Assembly: GCA_001724265.1 (NCBI GenBank)
Contig: MEDY01000007.1
Span: forward strand, 124,001-162,195
Reading direction: 5' to 3'
Origin: Rhizaria sp. SCN 62-66
Lineage: Eukaryota
Length of the DNA stretch: 38,195 bases
Part shown: positions 11,801 to 20,013 of the stretch, piece after piece
Position numbering within the stretch: position 1 is the first letter of the stretch
Layout of the letters: every line of letters begins with the position of its first letter
The notes under the pieces: generated by a model
The model's input: the letters and a program-made list of their open reading frames with translations, nothing else
What the model was told of the DNA's origin: nothing
The model's database searches: none
Position numbers and translations under genes: made by a program

Positions 11801-12209
11801 GTTGCCGTTCAAGACGCAGGCTAAGGTGGCCGCGACGCCAGCGACAGCTCCTGTGTTTGCCGCAGCGGCAGCGGCGCTGACAGCGAACGATGAGAGCATC
11901 GCTGATCTTGCTCGTGATCCTTCTGCGAATGTTGACAGTAGCTTTACCGACGCGGCCGTGACAACGGACAACGACGCTGTTTCGGCTGCCACGAACAATT
12001 ACGCAACTAGCACTGCTGTCAGCCGTGGCGCCTCTATCGCCGACCATATGTCTGCCTCAGAGACACTGTCGGGCGAGGCTAGCCAGTTGATGCGTGAGGT
12101 CAAGGTTTTGTGGACCACTCTCAACGCTAAAGCGAAAGCCAAGGTTACTACTAACAACGCTAACAACAACAGCAACGTTAGCAATGAAGTCAGCAAGCCA
12201 CTAATGTAA
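8860..12209 (+). CDS. miaA: tRNA dimethylallyltransferase (MiaA/plant IPT9-type), about 1071 aa with one in-frame TAG; exons 8860-9315 and 9450-12209
   Basis: P-loop [41 protein letters not shown] and [10 protein letters not shown]. After the TAG come [19 protein letters not shown] and [11 protein letters not shown]. Intron 9316-9449 (GTTCGT...TAG). Ends TAA. Additional in-frame introns in the low-complexity inserts cannot be excluded. Confidence 0.9.
9969..9971 (+). other. In-frame TAG in the conserved NDxxRxxRALE motif of the tRNA dimethylallyltransferase
   Basis: Reads aag gcg ttg TAG cac tgc gtg cgc act ggc. ORFs 9537-9971 and 9978-12209 are in the same frame. Confidence 0.9.
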
Positions 12210-12952
12210 CACAAAGATACTTTAGATTTAATAACTCGTTATTTAGACACCTTATTTATTAATATTCGTCGAGAAAGGCATATACAGTCTGGAAAATTGC
12301 TGAAACAAAAGAAGATTGTGTGTATTATTGTTCACGAGTGCGTGTTGCAGATGAAACAAGACACTTGCACTCACTTTCAGTTCCACAAACACGTATAGCT
12401 TCAAAACAAACAAAAATGAAGTGATATGCGAAAGCACAGTGCAATCACACGCACACGTTGTGCGTTATTGCTGCTGTCACAGTCGCATTCACTCTTGTTG
12501 TCGCGCGCGCGACTCAGGTGAAGACCACGAAATGTACATGTTGAGACAAAGAGACAGGAACTAAAGAGAGATGTGCACAATAGTAAAGATTAAAATGTAA
12601 AGACAAGTTGCGAAAAGCTGAGAGATGATAAGTGAGCAAAAGAATAAGGAACAAAACTGACGAATATAAGATTAATACACTGGTAGCTGAGGTAATATTA
12701 AGAAACAAACATGCCTACGTACATGCTGCATAGTACAACACCGTCTTTCATACAAAACGTCGGTAAATAAACACTAGAGATAAAGGTATAGCAACGAACA
12801 AATCCAATACTATTTTGAAAAAATATGATGTTTGGCAGTTAAAAACTCGTATGATGATAAACCGTTAACAGAAACAAACGACAGTTTCGTAACACAGGAA
12901 ATCACAAAATGACGGTCTCACTGCGTTTATCATGCGCACTCAGTCACTCCAA

Positions 12953-15900
12953 TCACTCGCCGCGAGTGACCTTGGCGTCGTATGCGGAGTAGGGGTCCAT
13001 GGGCGCAACCTCAGCGCCGCCAAGCCTCCACTTGGGGTTGAAGCGTTTGTAGGCCTGGATGGTGAGCACAGCCGCGACCACCGTAATCATGGCCAGCAGC
13101 ATCCCCATGCACACGGCGAGCGACACCGCGGGGGCGAGTTTGTCGCACGCCGCCGTGCGCGCCTGGATCCACAGCGGCTGCGTCAGCGCGCAGTCGAGCT
13201 GTCCGCCCACGGCCGCGAGCGCTCTCTCCGCGCTGGCTTCGGTCGCAGTGATGCCCTTGAGCTGCGCCGCGAAGGCCGCCGTGGGCGTGAGCGTGGGGAC
13301 CGAGGACAGCGCGGTGACGATGGCGCTGGCGTTGATGCCCTGCGCCTGCAGCAGCGCGGCAGGCGCGAGAAGAGCGTCCACCACGGCGGGCGCGGCGCCG
13401 TCGCACTCGAGCAGGTACGATATCGCAGCCGGCACGTCGACGTCGCTCGTGAGACCCAGGAACGGGAAGTCGGCGGCCTTGAACGTGACGTCGCCCAGCG
13501 CGGTCTGGATGTGCGTCACAGGCACGTCGCAGTGGTCCGCGGCCACGGCGGCAAGGGGCAGCTCGACCGCGGAGAGCGCAAAGAGGAGGATGGCGCACGC
13601 GACGAGCGAGTGGCCGGCCAACATCGTGAGGCGCGGCCACTCGAGGAAGTACGACATCGCGGCGATAAAGGCGAGGATAAAGGGCATGAGCACGAGCACG
13701 TTCATGAAAAGCAGGCGCGTGCCGTCCCACTGGTCCGCGTCGTCCTTGATGTCCTCGCGCGTGTCAGTGTAGCTCGCGTACGTCTTCTCCACCGAGTCGC
13801 GGCGTGGGGCGACAGACCGCAACAGCCCGGCCGACAGGGCCTGGCGCCGCGCCAGCAGCGCGTGAGGCACCGCGGCCGCCAGGTCGAGGTACGCGGCCAG
13901 CTGCACGCGCGTCACCGTCGCCAGCGGCGCGCCCTTGACGGCGCTCGCGCTCGCGCTGGCGGCGGCGGCGTCGCGGATGTCCGTGAGCCGCGCGGCGCGG
14001 TCGGCCGCGGACTCGGCCTCGAGCGCGGCCGCGTCGGCGGGCGCGTCGGTGACGGGCGTCGAAGTGGCCAGCGAGGCCGGGTCCGCGTCTGCCTGCGCCA
14101 GCGCGTAGTCGTTGCTGTCGGCGAGCACGGCGAAGGCCTTAAGCCCCGGGGACGAGGCCGCCCCGAAGACCGGGGCCGCCGCGGCCTCCAAGTCGGTCAG
14201 CGCGGTGCCCAGCGGAGCCGCGTCGGAGAACGCGTACATGTCCACGCAGTCCGGAAACGGCGTCGTGTCGGACGCAGAGCTGGACGCGGTGGCGCCGAGC
14301 AGGCCCGTGTCGAGCACAGCCACGGCAGCGGCCTCGGCCGCGGACGCAGCGGTGGCGAACGCGGTCAGCTTGGCGCCCGCGGCCACGCCCGCCGCGGCGA
14401 CGGCCTCGAGCGCAGCAGTACTTGCACTCGCGCCGGAAGACGTCGAGGAGTACGGCAGCGTGACGGGGGACGGGTATGAGGCCTGAACGGATGTCTTGGC
14501 GCTGTCGATGGCGGTGACGGTGGCGTTGGCCTGCGAGACCGCGGTGGCGAGTCCCGCGGCGACGGCCTCGAGCGCAGTGGCCGAGGGCACTGTGAGCAGA
14601 CCGACGGGATACGATAGCTGCGACACCGCCGTCGTGATGGCGGTCACGACCGAGGCGGCAAAGCCACCCGAGGACACGAACACGGCGTCCGCCAGCGCCA
14701 GCGCGGTCTGCGTCGACGACACGGCCACGGCGAGCGCCGGCGCGCGCTCGTAGACGGAGCTGTAGGGCGCGGCGATGCCGTTGGCGTAATCGGTGATGCC
14801 CGCGAACGCGGCCGCCAGCGCATTCTCGGCCGCCGTGGCCGCCGTGGTCGCCGTGGCGAGGTCAGCCTGCAGCGAGGCCGCGAGCAGAAACAGCTGCGAT
14901 GACGCGCCCAGCGTCGAGCTGACGCTGACCGTGCTGTTGGGGCTCGTGTCGACGAGCTGTGTGATGGCGAGCGCGATCGTGAGCGCCTGCGACGCGGCGT
15001 CCTCGGCCGCGGTCAGCGCGGTCTCCGCCGCGGACAGCGTCGCAAAGCCGGCGGCGTCGAGCGCGGCGAGCTCGGCGGTCGCCGCGGCAGCCGCGTCGCT
15101 GGCGTCCGCGGCGGCGGGCGACGGCAGCGGCAGCACCGTGGACACGGCGCTGGCGAGCGCCACGGCCTCCGTCCCGGCGGCGTCGGCCGTGGCCTGGAGC
15201 GAAGAGATGCCGGACGCCGCGGCGACGCGCGCGGCGTAGTCGCCGCCGGTCAGCGCCGACGCGGCGGGCGCGGGCAGCGCGGCGGCGAGCGTGTGCAGCG
15301 AGGCCGCGGCAGGGTAAGCGGCGGGGAAGCACGCCGCGTCGGACAGTGCGGCTGCGGCGGCGAGAATGTCGTTCTCGATCGTGTCTGCGTCGGGCGCGGG
15401 GGTGCCAGTGAGGTAGTCCGACGCGGTGGCGATGCGGGCGAGCGACGCCGAGAGCATGGCCAGCTGTGAGCGCGTGGCCGTGGCGGTCGACGTGACGGAC
15501 GCGAGCAGCATGCGCAGAGCTGCCACGGCGGAGCGCGCGGCAGAGGCGGCGGACGCGGCAGCCGCGTAGTCGGGCGCAGCGGTCGTCGCGGCCGAGATGG
15601 CGGCGGTCAGCGCGGCGGAGGCGGCGACGGTGACGGCCTTGAAGGCGCGAAGCTGGGCGCCGAAGAAGGTCGTCGTAACAGTCTCTTTGACGGGGTCCGT
15701 AGCGGTGCCTGCGCCGAGCCCGTCGCTGCCGGTGAGCCCAGTGTTGACGTCGCGCGCGACGGGGCGCACCGTGGCCTCGAGCAGGTCCAAGTATCCCGCC
15801 GGGTCGGTATAGTTGTTCGCCGCCACGGCCGCCGCGGACGCCGCGACTCTCGTGCCGCGGGCGGCCGGGAGCAGCGCGAGGTGGGCGAGAATCAGCGGGG

Positions 15901-17857
15901 TAACTGTGCGCAGGTAGTCGAGGTCCTGGTCCGCGGCGGCCTTGTTGATCTCGTCGCTGTACTGCTGCAGCGCCGCGACCGACAGCACGCCCGTGCTCAC
16001 GCTCGAGCTCGACGAAGAGCTCTCTGTGAACGACGCCAAGATGGTGTTGGTCGCGCGCAGCGCCGCGTCCGCCGTCACGGCCCCGCGGGCGACTGCGGCG
16101 GCGTGGGCCGTCACGGTCGCGCCCTTCCCCGAGGCCGCGGAGGAGCTGTTGAGGGCCAGTGGGACGGACTCGACCGCGGTGAGACTGGAGCCGCTGGCCG
16201 ATGAGACGGCAGTGGCGGTCACATACACAGCGCCGGCGCCGAGCGCGTTGTAGTAGTTGGCGGCCTCCCAGACCACTGCCACGTCGGCGGCCGTCGTCGC
16301 CGAGGTCGGGACGGTCTCGAGCGCGGCGCCCGCAGCGGAGACCGCGCTCGCCGCGGCCGCCAGCGCGGGTAGCGCCGTGTCGCGCGTGGCGTGCGCGAGG
16401 GCGAGCGCCTCAGCGGCGCGCGGAGCGTGGCCGAAGCTGCGCGCCGTGCCGCCGCTCTCGACGTCCTGCGTGTCAGTCAGCACTGCGAGCGCGGCCGCGG
16501 CCGTCGCGGCGGACGGTGACAGCACGGCGGTCGCGGCGAGCGGGTGTGCCACGGCCTCCAACTGCTGCAGCGCGGGCGTGGCCGTCTGCAGACAGCTCCC
16601 CCAGTCGGCGATCACGGCCGCCGCGGCGGTGACAGCGGCGGCGGCGACGGCGTCGTCGTCGGCCGGGTCGGGCGCCGTCGCGTTGGACGTGGGCGCGGCG
16701 GGCAGCGCGGAGACCGCGGTGGCGAGCGAGTCCGCTAGCGTCGTCGCGCGGTCCCCGGTCTCGGCCAGCGTCGTGAGCAGCGGCGAGAAGGCGCGGTAGT
16801 AGCTCATGACCGAGTCGGAGCTGTCATACACGTCGTCGATGGCGCGCGAGAGGTCGACGTTGGCGGTCCACGCGAAGGCGCAGATGGTGCACATGCCACC
16901 CGCCAGCACCAGCAGCGTAATCGTATAGCCGCGGGCGGCGCAGAGCGAATGGTAGCGCGTGGCGTGGTTCTTGCCGCCCGTGCCGCAGGCGCGCATGACG
17001 CAGAAGACAAACCAGAAGATGCAGAGGGCGCCCGCGACCACGAGGTTGACGAGCCACATGGTGCCCAGCGAGCCGAAGTACGGGTCGCGCATCAGGCCCG
17101 AGAAGGTCCACGTAACCTCAGAGAGCGGGCGCGAGATGTGGTGGCGGCTCAAAGTGACCTCCGTCGTGTTCGTCGTGTCGGTGTCAGCGGTGTCGGAGTC
17201 CGCGGTTGTGCCGGTGCTGTCCGAGTCCGACGATGGGGATTCCGACGAGGTGGGTAGCACGGGGGAGCGCGCGAGCGAGCGGACCAGCTTGACGGCGCCG
17301 CTGCCGGGAGCGGAGATGTCGCTGACCCAGCGGGACGTGAGCGCAGCCGAGTCGCGCAGGTCGAGCGGGGAGAAGGCGACGCTGGCGGCGGCCGCGGACT
17401 GGGGATGAGGCGCCTGCGAGCTGCTGGAGCGAGAGCGCATGAGCAGGAAAGAGCTCTCAGCGGTAGCGTTTACCTCAGCGTCATCGTCAGGGTGGTATGC
17501 GGGGGAGTGCAGCGCTGTCGTGGTGAACAGAGATGACTTGTTGAAGTTCGCCGCTGCAGTTAAAAGAGGAGGCGGGGGGCGGACAGTCGCAGTCGCTGTG
17601 GCGGCGACTGCGGTCACAAACGCGGTGCCGGGAACGCAAAACGCGCTGCCGGGGACAGAAGGGTCCGCGGAGATGCAGTGGCGAGCGACAGCGGCGGAGG
17701 CAGAGGCAGCGGAAGAGGCGGCGGCGGAGGCAGCAGCAGTCTCGAGGAAGAGAGGGCTGTGCGCAGAGGCAGCGACTGCAAGTACGAACAACACAGACAA
17801 ACCGAGAAGCAGACCAGCGGCAATAAACCGCGGTCGTGGGGACATGCACGAAGGCAT
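12953..17857 (-). CDS. Large signal-peptide plus five-TM protein with prominin/tweety-like topology, about 1634 aa, intronless
   Basis: Signal-like FIAAGLLLGLSVLFVLAVAASA; TM1 followed by a Cys-containing loop (FCVMRAC); TM2 ending AWTAN; very long Ala-rich loop; TM3/TM4 followed by ADHC; LDC...ACD before TM5. First ATG at 17857. Ends TGA. Confidence 0.72.
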   Translation of the reverse strand: MPSCMSPRPRFIAAGLLLGLSVLFVLAVAASAHSPLFLETAAASAAASSAASASAAVARHCISADPSVPGSAFCVPGTAFVTAVAATATATVRPPPPLLTAAANFNKSSLFTTTALHSPAYHPDDDAEVNATAESSFLLMRSRSSSSQAPHPQSAAAASVAFSPLDLRDSAALTSRWVSDISAPGSGAVKLVRSLARSPVLPTSSESPSSDSDSTGTTADSDTADTDTTNTTEVTLSRHHISRPLSEVTWTFSGLMRDPYFGSLGTMWLVNLVVAGALCIFWFVFCVMRACGTGGKNHATRYHSLCAARGYTITLLVLAGGMCTICAFAWTANVDLSRAIDDVYDSSDSVMSYYRAFSPLLTTLAETGDRATTLADSLATAVSALPAAPTSNATAPDPADDDAVAAAAVTAAAAVIADWGSCLQTATPALQQLEAVAHPLAATAVLSPSAATAAAALAVLTDTQDVESGGTARSFGHAPRAAEALALAHATRDTALPALAAAASAVSAAGAALETVPTSATTAADVAVVWEAANYYNALGAGAVYVTATAVSSASGSSLTAVESVPLALNSSSAASGKGATVTAHAAAVARGAVTADAALRATNTILASFTESSSSSSSVSTGVLSVAALQQYSDEINKAAADQDLDYLRTVTPLILAHLALLPAARGTRVAASAAAVAANNYTDPAGYLDLLEATVRPVARDVNTGLTGSDGLGAGTATDPVKETVTTTFFGAQLRAFKAVTVAASAALTAAISAATTAAPDYAAAASAASAARSAVAALRMLLASVTSTATATRSQLAMLSASLARIATASDYLTGTPAPDADTIENDILAAAAALSDAACFPAAYPAAASLHTLAAALPAPAASALTGGDYAARVAAASGISSLQATADAAGTEAVALASAVSTVLPLPSPAAADASDAAAAATAELAALDAAGFATLSAAETALTAAEDAASQALTIALAITQLVDTSPNSTVSVSSTLGASSQLFLLAASLQADLATATTAATAAENALAAAFAGITDYANGIAAPYSSVYERAPALAVAVSSTQTALALADAVFVSSGGFAASVVTAITTAVSQLSYPVGLLTVPSATALEAVAAGLATAVSQANATVTAIDSAKTSVQASYPSPVTLPYSSTSSGASASTAALEAVAAAGVAAGAKLTAFATAASAAEAAAVAVLDTGLLGATASSSASDTTPFPDCVDMYAFSDAAPLGTALTDLEAAAAPVFGAASSPGLKAFAVLADSNDYALAQADADPASLATSTPVTDAPADAAALEAESAADRAARLTDIRDAAAASASASAVKGAPLATVTRVQLAAYLDLAAAVPHALLARRQALSAGLLRSVAPRRDSVEKTYASYTDTREDIKDDADQWDGTRLLFMNVLVLMPFILAFIAAMSYFLEWPRLTMLAGHSLVACAILLFALSAVELPLAAVAADHCDVPVTHIQTALGDVTFKAADFPFLGLTSDVDVPAAISYLLECDGAAPAVVDALLAPAALLQAQGINASAIVTALSSVPTLTPTAAFAAQLKGITATEASAERALAAVGGQLDCALTQPLWIQARTAACDKLAPAVSLAVCMGMLLAMITVVAAVLTIQAYKRFNPKWRLGGAEVAPMDPYSAYDAKVTRGE

Positions 17858-18679
17858 GCGAAGGATACAGGAGGGCAAGCCGACCCTGACTGAGGATGTG
17901 GGAGAGAGAAGGAGAACCAACAAAGATGGGTTTGTGCAAAGTTCTTTGAGTTTCGACTGCTGTGGAAGGACAATGAGAAGTCAAAAGAGTGTGATTAGAA
18001 TTTTGTAAATCAAAATAGTGTGACTCGTATAATTTCACCACGTTGCATCATATTCACAGGATATAGAGCGTAATAAAACCATTTTGAAGAAGAACAATGC
18101 ATGTTGAATGTGTGCGGGGGATGCGCCCAACGAATGGTAGCTTGCGCGCTAATAATATCCTTTCGGGCAAAATCGTCGTGATATAGTGTAAATCGTTACG
18201 GTTATATTCTGATATTTCATCAACATCCGATTTCCCCGACTCAAGCACCTTAAATTTCATGCAGGAAAAGGGGCCCTCCTCTCTCTCCATCGACCGATCG
18301 TTTTCGGCCAGTCTGTCAGCATGCAAACTAGACTTGTGGTGATAACGAAAAGAGCTTCGATATGCGGTATAACAAAGGCATACCGTTATTAACCTCAAGA
18401 TTCAGCGCGCTTTAAGTACTTTTTATTTAAAATCGTGAATTATTACTGTCAGATCAAGATCTTTTCAAGATTGTGTATCACCATGAACCCTCAAAATTTA
18501 GTTTGGGACGCAAGCTTAGATTATTTCTTCAAGTGGCCTACTGCTCCCGAGTGCCCTCCACACCATTGAGAGCAAATTATCGTCATAGAATGATGCAATT
18601 CAGCCACGTTGCCAGGAGCTCAAAGCTGCGTGCTGTCGTCGGACTTGCTGTCACGACGAAGAATGAACGGTGACGACAA

Positions 18680-19440
18680 TCATAGTCTTACGAATCTTGT
18701 GTGGTTACTCCACCAGCAGTCCCATAGGGGTCGCAGAGATGCAGCGTGTTGACATCCCAGAGCAGACGTCAAAAGTCGTCTGAGCCCACAGTTATGCCAC
18801 GCGTCTGACCTGTCGGGAGGAGCGCAAGAGCAATCTTTGACCTGCCCCAGCAACAGAGCAAAGTCACGTCCTTCTCCTTCGCAGCGAGCAGTGTGAGCAC
18901 TCGCGCTTTCGAGCTGCAAGCTCGCCACTTTAGCCTCGGCCAGCGCACACGCGATTTCAGCCTTGCTGCACGAGATGTCTCAGCTACAGCCAGCTTCGCC
19001 GCTGCCCCGTCTTAACCGCTGGAGAAAGCAGCCCTCACAGCAGCCTCAGCCGGGGCCAGTTGCAAAAGCTCGACACTTATCCCTGCGCACTTAAGCTCCG
19101 CCGTTGCCAGATTGAGCGCAGTGTTGGCCAAGGTAAACTCGGCTTCTGGAACGAGACTGGGGAGCCCACGCTTCGCTGCGAAGAGTTGCGCCGAGCCCTT
19201 GATAGCCAGCTGGGTCGAGGCAAAGCCGACGGCGTCCGTAAGGGTTGCCAGCAGATTGTTATGCGACTCTGAGTTGCTGGGAACATGTTGTGGTTAAATG
19301 AACGCAACGGTGGTGGCCGGAGCTGAACCTAAAGATGAAGTGTCCTCGGCGGAGGCACTGTGAAGCTCACCATTAAGGGGACGCTTGCGCGAGCTTTTTG
19401 TCGTGCTTGGACACTTACAATCCTGTGACATAGTATTCAT
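18680..19440 (-). pseudogene. Probable decayed protein-coding gene of unknown family
   Basis: One frame from ATG 19440/19431 reads protein-like (KSSRKRPL...NNLLATLTDAVGFASTQLAIK...ANTALNLATAELK) but has TAA at 19296-19294 and 19014-19012, then an apparent frameshift near 18965 into KAEIACALAEAKVASLQLE. GC is intermediate. Confidence 0.4.
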
Positions 19441-20013
19441 CAGTCTGTTGAATTTTAAAATCAAGATATTTTGCGGAAATAGGAGCTCATGAGCTCTAGG
19501 AAGGGAAGAACACGAGTTGGTACACGTGCACTGAAGAGGCCTTCGCGGAACAAGTTGTCACAACACGCGCAGGAACAATGCAAGACAAAAAGTAATCACT
19601 TAATATACAGCATGTATAATGAAATTAAATAATCTTACTTGCTCGTCGTTCAAGGACATCTATACAAGTTGAGCAACATATCTCTTCGCGGTCAATGGTC
19701 TCTAGTTCTGGGTGACCGTAAGACGATGGTCGTGTCAACTTGCTAATTCAAGAGGATGTATCTCATCACAAAATCCGTCAGGAAAGATACCAACCAACTC
19801 TCTGTGATATATCTTGCTTTTTGTGTCTGTCTTGTCAATTAAACATCTAACACTCATAACTCACCTCTCTACGACTCACTTTTGTTTCCATTCCTCACTC
19901 TCATCACTGTTCCCTGATCAGTCGTTACCTCGGCCCCCAACAGCGCGACACGAAGGCGCCCAACGCTGTGCTGTCAACGCTGAGGCTTGGCGCGAGTCCT
20001 TCCACTCTTAACG

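Noticed and set aside
9537..12209. Treating ORFs 9537-9971 and 9978-12209 as two genes
   Set aside because: They are in the same frame, separated only by one TAG, and together complete a single MiaA domain.
2..12209. Functional cluster of RNA-metabolism genes (NIP7, WDR89-like, RNASEH2C, tRNA-IPT)
   Set aside because: Orientations are mixed and unrelated genes are interspersed, as expected in a compact eukaryotic genome.
19483..19496. 14-bp palindrome GAGCTCATGAGCTC
   Set aside because: It is a single occurrence with no supporting context and is compatible with chance.
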